NCBI GenBank assembly: GCA_024137785.1 | Contig: JAHRHZ010000126.1 | Location: forward strand, 6,374,467 to 6,438,466 | DNA from: Ginglymostoma cirratum | Taxonomy: Eukaryota | Length of the DNA: 64,000 bases | Reading direction: 5' to 3' | Part shown: positions 53,932-64,000 of the stretch, one piece after another | Numbering within the stretch: position 1 is the stretch's first letter | Layout: every line of letters starts with the position of its first letter | Program-made: the position numbers and the translations under genes | Notes under the pieces: generated by a model | The model's input: the letters and a program-made list of their open reading frames with translations, nothing else | The model's database searches: none | Told to the model about the DNA's origin: nothing

Positions 53932-54153
53932 GGTCTCCTTCAGCGTTGTATGGGCTGCGAGGAGTATCTCTCTGCTCAGCCGCAGAAAGCGGCCCTGTCG
54001 GTTCAATCACCTTTCTTCCGGCGACAGACTGATTCCCCGAAAGCTCATAGCAACGGGCAGCTAAAAATGTAAACCTCTCGATCAGCTCTCCCACTCCTCG
54101 CAGCACAGACACCAACACATCGTCCACTCGGCGCCAGTCAGTGAAGAGAAACT

Positions 54154-54223
54154 GGGGGATGGGGGTGAGAGGGTGTGGGGTGGGGGGGGGGGGGGGATGG
54201 TGGGGGGGGGGGTGGGGGAAGGG
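54154..54223 (+). promoter_or_regulatory. G-run cluster (potential G-quadruplex) upstream of the HMX1 ATG
   Basis: At least eight G-runs of 3 or more within 70 nt. Confidence 0.65.
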
Positions 54224-54229
54224 AGAATG

Positions 54230-54600
54230 ATGAAATTCAAAAGTCAGACAAGTTAAATGCCTAACATGAGAAGAGTACACCACGGATTGGACGGGCTCAA
54301 TGGCAAATGAGGTTACTGAACAAAATGAGAGAATTGCTCGCAATGAGTTCACTTGCTCTGTTTCATCCCGTGTGCCTGCGGCTACAGGGGCTTGCCAGTC
54401 AGTGGTTTTATCTAGGTCAATTAGGGAACAAATCACAAATCAGAATCCGGATCTAGGTCCTGCATTCCATGCACAGAGAGAGAGAGTGTTTGAAGGGGGA
54501 GGGTTTTTTTGGGGGGGGCGGTGGGTAGGGGTGCGCAAACCTGACAAGAGCAGCCTATTGGCTGACAGGAGGAATTTACTTCCTGTAGGTCCCTTCGCGC
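54230..54600 (-). promoter_or_regulatory. Putative HMX1 proximal promoter
   Basis: CCAAT boxes (~54286-54290, ~54556-54560), GC box near 54516-54521, TGACA motifs at ~54542 and ~54563. Confidence 0.45.
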
Positions 54601-57600
54601 TTACACACATACACACAAAATGGTCCTCTGTCACACAGCACTGGGTTACGGAGGGTTGAACACTCTCTGAGATGCAATTTGCCGACCTTGTCCTGTGCCC
54701 ATTGCAAACGCTACCCATTCTGTGCTAAGACGAAAAGTAAGATGCTCTGTCTGCCTTTTGACTCATTTGCCTTGTCCGTAAATTTTAATGATGATGCTCG
54801 TGGACGAATACTGCGCAGTATTTCCAAAAGCGTCTTTTTTTTTGCACAGTTGGTTACTACTCGGCGCTTTTGAATAAGAATTCGTTGTTGTTGTCTATTC
54901 GAAATCTCCATTATCCCAGTAAAATTAAATGTGATGTTGTGGCTTTGCCCGGCGGCGAACATTTCACAAAAAAAGGCCGTCTTTCTTCCGAGTCGCTGTG
55001 TCGTTAAAAAAGTGTTGAATGAAGCGTATCCACATTGTCTGTTCAGCAGCGCCATCCAATTTAAACCATGTGCTGAATTTATGGAGGCATAATTGCTCAT
55101 CCTTGCATAACGTGAATTGAACTTGACTGTACAGTTACTGTGAAGTCGCCTCTTAGTCATAATCGGTTTTAAACTCCCTCTGATTGTTATTGTCTTGTAG
55201 TTTTAAGCCTGATCATGTTCGGTTCAAAGGACGACCAGTTACTGCAAATGTCAGCTTAACTCGGCGTCTTTTTGTTTTATTTGTCCGGGTCCAATACAAT
55301 TTGATTTCCAAAACCAGACATGAGCCCTTTTTTTATAGGTGAGTGACTTCTATTAAAACATTGAACCAGAACAAAGAGGTATAAATGGTCTTCAATCATA
55401 ATCGCTCATGATGTCGCCGACATTGCCAGTTTATACAAACAAAAATCAAAGGAGATCCAACGTGGGAATATGATTGCCAGGGAACTTCTTAGTGGTTTGG
55501 TTTCTAAAACCTTGTGTCCATAACACTTCTGATCTGACAATAACACAGTTGGTATAACTTGAACAGAGTGGGTTTAGCGGAGAAACTGGGGTGTTTCGTG
55601 TTAATGATCACTTGACTGTATCAAGGAGCACAAACGTAATCATAGTCAGCTCATAACACCCATACACTCAGCAGGCTTTGCAAAAAATATCTATTGGGAC
55701 TTCCAAGAGTTTGCATGCTGTCCGTTCTTTGTGTGCTTTGCTGTATTGTCTCTGCGAAAAATTAGTCAGTTCTTCATGTTTTAACTTCACGTGGGGCTTG
55801 CAATGTACCCATTCTACCTTTAGACATCCAAGCGGCTCATTTGAATCACCAAAGTGCTTGTAAGCGACAGGAGCCAGCAAAATGGCCCAACATATAAATA
55901 CGCTATTTGGCTTATCATAAGAAATAAATAGCATTTCAAATATCGCTTGCTTCGTTAGAATAGATCTTGTGCAAATTTAAAGAGTAGACGATTAGAAGGA
56001 TTTTAATGCTGAACTGCATTTGTTTCAAAGCGCAGTATAAATGAAATTAAAAAAAGTATGTCCCGGTTAATGAAGCTCCGAGGCGTTTAAGATAAATATC
56101 GGATAGCGAAAATCGTTCCTGACCTATTGCGAGATTTAATGGGATGCTCGCGGGTTCAACAGTCGGGATTCTCATTTAATGTCATTGTTAGCCATAGCCG
56201 TCAGTAAAGACAAGCTGAGATATTTTAATATTAAAATACACGATGTTTGTAGTGTAAATAAATAACAGCTGATAACACGAGTTCATATCTTCAGAGCGTA
56301 CTTTTCCAAAAAAAACCTAATTTTTTTTCGACATTGATCAAAGAACTGGGATATATTGCGCGTAAATAGGGTCAATGTAATATTAAACCCAAATGCTGTC
56401 CACTGTTGGAGGATGGAATCCCACTCAGTGATGGCTTCTAAAGACACTTTCCAACTGGTCACTGACTAATGTAAGTGCGTTTCTGAAATGTTCCAGCAAG
56501 GAAGGTTCTATTTTGTCAACAATGCTACCAGATTACAGTGTCATAGAACCAACAGCTTGCAAATCGATATAATATGTTCAATTGAACAGTAACAAATTAA
56601 AGCTCAACCTGGCGCTGTAAATCCGTTCATAGTCTTGTGGTCTATGGGTCCTCTGAACTGAGACGACAGTTGCCTTGTATATCACATTGAAATAATAGCT
56701 ACTGGATAAGTTATTTGTAGGCCAACGCGCAAGCCACATCTTTCCAAAGCAGTGGTAATGTGTCAGACTTATATTTCACTTCGTTTTATTTTTAACTGAT
56801 GAGGCTTAAGCGTTATTTCGTAAGCTTGACATCACCTGAACATATAATCCAGGCATTCGTATACAGAAATCAAATCAAATTCTCTTGACTGGTTTTAGTT
56901 ATTCCCAGAATTGGATGGTTGTCATAAACCGGAGCAATGTTTTCGGCCGGCCGACCGCTAATACTAAATATTCATCGGTACACCTTTAAAAGGCCCGCGT
57001 CAACCTTGAAACAAGTATCATTTCATTCGAAATGCTTCAACATATTTTATCTGAAATGTGTACTCGATATAGATTAGGCAAAGACATTCACTGTTTAAAT
57101 AGTAACAGATTATGTTTTGATTTTTAGCTTGCTTGGTGTTTCTTCATCAGCTGAGAGACTGAAATCAGTGCTTGGTATGCACAAATGGCTGGATAATGGC
57201 TCTTCGAGGTAAACACAGCATTTGTGATATCGTTTTATTTTATTAATGCGCAATAGTTGCATTGACTGATTTGAACAATATACACAAAATACATGACACA
57301 ACTCACCAAATAAAACTATCCGCAGCGATGGCTAACTGGCAATTGAACCGAGTAAGAAGGTTAAAAGTTCACTTGGTAGCATATTGTGGAGATCGATCAG
57401 CACTTATTCTGCAATCCTGCGATGAAATATGTGTTCAGGTCAGCTCATTTCAAACTGAGTAAACACACGGGATGTGAAGTTATGATGTCGCTTCTGAGAT
57501 ACACATATCTATGTGAGCTGGCTGAGTCTCTTGATGTGGATTCCTTTTTTCTAGTTCAGGACAGTTCTTTTGTTTTTGATAGTGATTTTCTCTATTTTGA

Positions 57601-59232
57601 GGAGCTGAAGGGTAACCGCGCCAAGAGTGCATCACCCCTTTTTTTCTCAGGAAATTATTCTAATTCACACTTCTCATGGTAACGCAATCATAAAGAGTCT
57701 TCGAATGCATTAATTTTATTCCAAGGAATGGGAGTTTTCCAGTTGTAACTGAATAACTTTGGGAAAACGGTGTTGAACAACTTGCACAGGCATCACCAAC
57801 ACATCAGAACTCTTTGGTGAAAAGAGGGTGATCGTAAATTCAGCTCAGTGACGAAATTGTCCGACCAAGTATTTGCATTTATTTTAGATAATTTGTAATG
57901 TTACGTCGATTTTGATTTAACTATTCTGGATGTCCTAAATTGGCTGGGATTTTTGTATCACTAGGATCAAACTTTCTCTGATTGCAATATGTATGTGTTA
58001 GAGAAAACAGAGTTTGACCCTTTGACTATATGTCACAACTCAATCCATCGTAAATTAGGTGTTGATATGTTTTATGTTTTTCTGAAACTTAACTCCATTA
58101 ACTCGGCAAGAGCCACTGAGAGTCCTGAGAGAATTCCAGAGCATTCTGTAAATCTCACCGAGTAATTGTGTAATGCTGCCACACACGGTTCAATACGTCT
58201 CAGGTACATGCAACCCAATTATTAGTTCAGACTGTAGTCGTGGTCCTTTATCTTTCCAGGGAAATTCCTTGCAACATTTTTTCGACGGTCTGCAATCCCT
58301 TTGGCCTTTTTAACAAGGAGGAAAGGGTAGAAGGAAAATAACTTTCCAGAAAATAAGAGTCGCCTACAGCCTTTGTTCACTGCCATTTCATTTTAATTAT
58401 AATGTATCAGTGAGCTTACGAATCTATGCATCTTTGCAGTAGCACAAATTCTATCCGAGCAATAACGTTGAATCCTGCATGCATTAAGTCAGTAATACGG
58501 CGTGGTACAATATCAGTTGCAGACAGCAGCAAGATAATAGAGCAGAAAGTAAACCATTGGGTTTGTTCTGCTTTTCTGCAAATTTGGACAACTGATGTTA
58601 AATCATTTTCTTCCCAGTGGAATGGATTAAGTCCTATCTTCCGACAAGTTCATCATCTTGAACTCTCAAGAATGCAATCTTGTCATTCGTTCCTCTCGGT
58701 TCAGTGCTACTTTCAAAAGTCCCGATATTTCTTTCACGTCCATAGTTTCCAATGTGTATCATGCTTATCCACCCACACTTATTATTTATAACATGTATCA
58801 ATTGTTCAGTATTTTGTCGCCAGTACCCCTGAAAGCTCCACTTTATTAGGTTCACTGACCTGTTCTCCCCTTACAATTTAATGCTCCATTTAAACGCGTG
58901 ACAAAGTTAAGCGTTATACATTTGTTTGTTCAGCCTTCACCTGTCCTAATCGTTTAACATTCTAATGTCCAGCTCACACTCTGAATACTAAATAATTCTA
59001 CTTGTTCTCGGACTATTACTACATAAGTACTTTTGCAAGGGTTGGATTACACTCCAATACAGGTCTTCAAATGTTGTTCAGTTGCCAGAAAAAAAAAGAT
59101 GCTTTTCCCCACCAGCACATCCCGCCAACATAAACAACACTCAGCCTTCCCAGCCCTACACAGAAACCTCCCAATTTCGCCTGGTACTTGACTGAAAATA
59201 TGACAGGGTACATTATTTTTGTCACTTATAGC

Positions 59233-59237
<5 letters not shown>

Positions 59238-59263
<26 letters not shown>
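59238..59263. repeat. (AC)n microsatellite
   Basis: Direct inspection. Confidence 0.9.
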
Positions 59264-59779
59264 TCAGCCGTACGTATCACGTTTAATTCATTGTGGTAAT
59301 ATCATACAACGAAGCAGGAGGGCAAAAAACGTGACTGATGCATTGTGTTTGCATCTCAATGGTCACTTGGTAGATCCCGTGTATACACTGTTCTGACAGG
59401 AAATATTTCTACCAATTCCGCCGCGTCAGTTCCCTTCCAGTCATCAGGTTGATTCTGCTGTTCAATGTGCATTTCTTCCTGCTCCAGCTGTCATGTTGAA
59501 TAACATCAGCTGCCCACAGGCGGGTGACATTTCATTTTCCGTCCTATTAAAACATGACCCTTCCTAAATGAAGCATTCAATTCACACGCAGCAGCTCTTA
59601 TCAGTTGGAACCGGCTATAAAGAGCGTTACAAACGTCGCAACTTAAAGAGTCACATCGACTGATCGCCGTAGGATCTCCACCTCGTTTCAAATTTGATTG
59701 GAATGTAAAACCTAACTTTGCAACTCTTTGCATATGGTTATGCTTTCGTGAGCTGTTTCAGGGTATTTGATTTTGTTAT

Positions 59780-61500
59780 AGGAATATGAAATAGGAGTAG
59801 GCTACTTAACCTTCGAACTTGCTCCGTTATTCAATAAGATCATGGCTGATCTGATTGTAACTTCAACTCTATATTCCTGCATATCTCCAATAATCTTCCG
59901 TCACCTTGGTGATCATGAATCTATCTCTGTCTTTAAAATATTTAAAGATTCTGCATCCATTGTCTTTTGAGGAATCCCCACGATTCCCCACGATCTACCT
60001 TGGGGGAAAAATCCTCATCTGAATCTTAAATAAGCTATCTTTTATTTTTAAATTATGATGCCAGTTCTCGATTCTCCCATTGGAGGAAACATGCTCTGCA
60101 CAACTACCTAGTCAGGTCCGCTCAGGTTTTTACATGACTCAATTAAGTCATGGATCAATGTAAGGTATTGCATTTTGGTAATACAAACAAGGACAGGGCT
60201 TAAACAGTTAATGGTAGGGCACTGGGCAGTGTTGTAGAACAGACAGTCCTAGAGGTTCAGGTACATAATTCTTTGAATTTTGCATCACAGGTAGACAGGA
60301 TGGTTAGAAGGTTGTTTATCACGTTTACCTTCATTGCTCGGACCTTTGAGTATAGGAGTTGGGACGTCATGTTGATGTTGTGCTGAACGTTGGTGAGGCG
60401 TCTTCAGTTGTATTGTGCGTAGTTGTGGGCGCCCTGTTATAGGAAGGGTATTATTAACTGGGGACAGTTTAGAAAAGGTTTTCCAACTTGTTGCCAGGAA
60501 TGGACAATTTGAGATGTAAAAATAGGATGGAAAGTTCGGAAAGAATGGAACTTTTTAACTGGAAAGTAGGAGGTTGAGGGGTGACTATATTGAGGTTTAT
60601 CGAATTATGAAGGGCATAGATAAAATGAATGGCAGGGATTTTTCTCCTAGGGTGAGGGAGTTCAGAACGAAGGTTTAAACTTTTAATGTGAGAGGAGAAA
60701 GATTTTAAATGGACATGAGGGGCAACTTTTTTTTACACAGAGTGGTTAGTGTGTGGAATGAACTGTCAGCGGAAGCGATGGGTGCAGGTTCAGTGACAAC
60801 ATTTAAAAGACATTTGGATAGGTTTATGAATACGAAAGATTTGAAGGGTTATAGGCCAAGCGCAGGCAGGTGGGACTAGTTTAGTTTGGGAATATGGTCG
60901 GCGTGGACTGTGGGGACCGAAGCGACTGTTTCCATGTTGTATGACTCCATGACTCTATGACCTCTGACTCTTCTAAACTCTATAGTCTCCAAGCCCAGCC
61001 TGACTAGCCTTTCCTCATAACGCAACCCACTCAGTGAGGTACTAGACTAGCAAACTTTCCTTGAACTGCTTCCAACACATCAACTTCCTTCTGTGGGTAA
61101 GGTGACCAGTACTGTACACAGTACTCCAGGCCAATACCTGTATAACTGAAACAGACTATCTCTAAACTTGCATTCAATTCCCCTCACAATAAGCGGTGAA
61201 GTTTTATTAGCTTTCCTGTTTACTTGCTGTACCTGCATGATAAGCTTCTGCAATTCATGCACTGGAGCACTCAGATCTCTCTGCATCTCAGACTATTGCA
61301 ACATCTCACTATTTAAATCATGTTTTGTTATTCTTCCTGCAAAAATGGACAATTTCACACTTACCTACATTGCACTCAAGTTACCAGGTCTTTGTCCATT
61401 CACTTAAACTATCTATATCCCCTTTAGGTTCCTTCGGTCCACCTCACAACACGCTTTCCTACTCGTCTTCGTGTTATCACCGAATTTAGCTACCATACTT
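59780..61500 (-). mobile_element. Older CR1 LINE 3' portion, split by a younger CR1 insertion
   Basis: Minus ORF MQRDL...QVQQVNRKANK...LFQLYR; sequence CAATTAAGTCA|CCTCTGACTCTTCTAAACTC is rejoined across 60151-60960. Confidence 0.75.
60151..60960 (+). mobile_element. CR1 LINE 3' ~0.8 kb
   Basis: Colinear with 10420-11190; ends GGACCGAAGCGACTGTTTCC...GACTCCATGACTCTATGA. Confidence 0.85.
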
Positions 61501-62279
61501 ACCTCAAACCCTAGCGATAGAATCACGTAGTTCTGTTTTAAATTAGAAATGCACCTATTGAACATTTTGTCATCCACTTTCCATTACTGCTGTGAGCGTG
61601 ACTTAATGATAAGGCGTCCACACTGGTGCCGGAATATTGCTGATCCATTGCCCTCAGTCTGAGATCTTGGAGCTGTGCTAATGATCGACCTATTGAGACC
61701 TATTCCGAGAAAAATCATAAGTGAACCGTTAGAAAAACAAAAGCGCTTAAGAGATTGTCCGATTTCATTGGACAGTCGCTTTTACAGCTTTAAATTTAGC
61801 AGTGCGCCTTGCCAAAGTAAGAGTGGTAATTCCCCTCTAATGACTAACACCACCATCGACTGCCACCCCACAATTCTGTGCTTTCAGTTTGATCAACTTG
61901 TTGGATTTTGTATTTGTCTCTGATTACAGCAAAGGGTTCTCAATCATCGGTGAAAGCAAATCACAGTATCACCTTTAGACATTGCAATTAAAAACACGGA
62001 TGAACAGAGCGGTGGAGTTTAGTTGTCACTGACACTGGCAACCCAGTTCACAATTTGCATTTTGTTTCACTCGGTGTTAAACGATACACATTCTGGGAGT
62101 CACCCGAGCTGCCAACAGTTCAACTGTGTCGCTATCAGCTACATTGCTTAGGTTTAACAAATTTTGGTTCCTGAATATGCAAGTGTATTAAAATAAGGTA
62201 CTGTGCTGGCTTCGCAGTTCATTGTTAATGCACCTGGAGCGAAACTGCATTAAAAAGCAAATCGAGAAATATGCCTTTG

Positions 62280-63755
62280 GGCTATTGTCACATTGAAACA
62301 GGAATAAGCCATTCGGCCCATTGAACTTGCTTTGCCTCTCAATTAGTTCGTGACTGATCCGTGCTTTAACTGCACGCCTTAAAAGAATCGCAGAATCAAG
62401 CTTGCCCATTCTTAGTATTGAATATTAAACTGGCCTAGTCTTTATTCGGAGAAGTGCTTTCAGTCATTGCCCCTGAATAACCCAGATCTATCTGATGTGT
62501 ATGCTGCTTAGTTTTGGACTCGTCCATTAATGAAAGCAATTTCATACTATTTACCGTATCCATCCCTTTGATCGCTTTATGCACCTCAATCAGTCCAACC
62601 TTTACGCGATAGATCGTGCATCCCACAACCATAGAATCATAAAGATGACAGCTCAGAATGCGGCCATTCAGCCTGTCTTGTCAGTGACGGCTCTCTGTGT
62701 GTAGTCCTAGTGCCTGATTTTTGCCCATGGCTCTGCATTCTTTTAGGGATGTAAGTACAATTTTCTTTTGAATCGCATGCCGCCGCATTCTCGGGCGGTG
62801 CAATCCAGGCTCGAAACCCCCAGGGCATAAAAACATTCGTGGGCTTGTGCCACGCTCGTTTCTTTAAGCAGCATCTTCTGGGTCTGGATCCTTCGACTGT
62901 ATCACCCGTGAACCCCTCACCCCAACCCCGCTGCGCCAGTAAGACCGTCCAGGCAGACCCCTGATCATTTCGAAGGCGTCGATCAAACCTCCTTTAAATC
63001 TTCCCTTTTGGAACGATCACAGCCTCAGCATCTCCAATTTATTTCCGCGACTGAAGTTCGTCATCCCTGGAACCACTCCTGTGAATCTTTTCTATATTGA
63101 CTTCATGCAAATTGTGTCCAGAACTGGAGATAACATTCTAGGCGAGCCTAAGCTAGTGTTTTAAACAAATTCATCATAACATCATTGCTTTGGTACTCGG
63201 TACCGCTATCTATAAAGCCTAGGATTCGACTTGTATTATGGACTGTTTCCGGCCTGTTAGCTTCAATGGTTTATTCGCATATACCCCCAGGTGCTGCTGC
63301 ACTCCCTTTGATCTTGTACCCTTTGTTTTGCATTGCATCTCCCTGTTTTCCACTAGAATCAATCGCTTCACGCTTCGCTGCATTAAATTTCACCAGCTAC
63401 GTGTCCGCCCACTCCACCAGCCGATCCATGATGCTTGGAAGTGTATCACTACCTTCCTTTTTGGTGTCATTTACAAGTGCTGAAATTATTCCCTGCACAC
63501 CCACATTATAGTCATTATGATATATAAAGAGAAGCAGAGCGTTCCAACATCTGGGCAACATCACTATATACTTTCCTCCTGTCCAAAAAAAATCATTCGT
63601 GAATGCTGCTTTCTGACTCTCAGCCAATTCCATATCCGTGTTGCTACTAAAACATTTCATGGCTCTATCTTTGCTGCCAAGCACTTTATTAAATTTTCTT
63701 CAGAAGTCCAAGTATAGGACATCAACCTCATTACCCTGACCTAAACTCTCTGTTG
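62280..63755 (-). mobile_element. Decayed CR1-like LINE fragments
   Basis: CATAGAATCATA / GGCCATTC(A/G)GCC 3' termini; LIEVHKAIKGMD and ISALVNDTK-like RT remnants. Confidence 0.65.
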
Positions 63756-63886
63756 ACCGCAGTGCATTAAATGTCATTTGGGGAATTTGAGTTGCTATGA
63801 CAACTTGATATGCATGTTAGAGATAACAAGGTGTGGAGCTGGATGAACACAGCAGGCCAAGGGGCATCATAGGAGCAGGAAAGCTT

Positions 63887-63914
63887 GACGTTTCGGGCCT
63901 AGACCCTTCATCAG
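63887..63914 (-). ncRNA. Minimal type-I hammerhead ribozyme motif (intact core)
   Basis: Minus strand CTGATGA-A-GGGTCTAGGCCC-GAAA-CGTC. Confidence 0.75.
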
Positions 63915-63923
63915 AAATGATTT

Positions 63924-63951
63924 CTGATGAAAGGTCTAAGCCCGAAACGTC
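63924..63951 (+). ncRNA. Minimal type-I hammerhead ribozyme motif (helix II weakened)
   Basis: CTGATGA-A-AGGTCTAAGCCC-GAAA-CGTC; two substitutions in helix II relative to the opposite arm. Confidence 0.6.
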
Positions 63952-64000
63952 AAGCTTTCCTGCTCCTATGATGCTGCTTGGCCTGCTGTGTTCATCCAGC

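Larger units (their letters stand above)
63819..64000. mobile_element. Family-A palindromic PLE insert with two divergent hammerheads (runs off the window end)
   Basis: Inverted arms centred on 63919 (CAGAAAT-G-ATTTCTG). Confidence 0.88.

Noticed and set aside
53932-54006. 25-codon in-frame N-terminal extension of HMX1 in the ORF track
   Set aside because: Starts at TTG; homology and Kozak context point to the ATG at 53931
53248-54355. Hmx-type CAAGTG sites in the HMX1 intron and promoter (autoregulation)
   Set aside because: A hexamer at this frequency is expected by chance
56797-56840. CTGATGAG followed by a possible stem (GCTTA...TAAGC)
   Set aside because: No GAAA box or NUH site in the right position; not a hammerhead
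57132-57152. Minus-strand CTGATGAAGAAACACC
   Set aside because: No helix II between the boxes and no family A/B flanks; likely chance

Overview
Vertebrate genomic DNA, most likely an elasmobranch (shark), inferred from the repeat content (CR1 LINEs, an HE1/V-SINE-like SINE, DeuSINE-like SINEs, Penelope-like elements). It holds two intact two-exon NK5/Hmx homeobox genes in tandem on the minus strand: HMX1 (CDS 53931-53628 + 52618-52008, 304 aa) and SOHo-1/Hmx4 (CDS 41347-41140 + 40769-40225, 250 aa). They sit in a visibly CpG-richer, repeat-poorer domain (~31.7-59.7 kb); the rest is intergenic DNA full of decayed retroelements. The most striking signal is a set of about 12 short, mostly non-coding Penelope-like (PLE) inserts from two related families. 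Their consensus carries a minimal type-I hammerhead ribozyme core (CTGANGA-A-stem II-GAAA-CGTH, loop-less self-complementary helix III), intact in five places. Several copies are head-to-head palindromes, five have 9-16 bp target-site duplications, and a 34-bp tail lies on only one arm. One copy is attached to a GIY-YIG endonuclease C-terminus, linking the family to an autonomous PLE. PLE-associated minimal hammerheads are a known class; whether these families are already described needs a database search. All calls were made by eye, and repeat boundaries are approximate.
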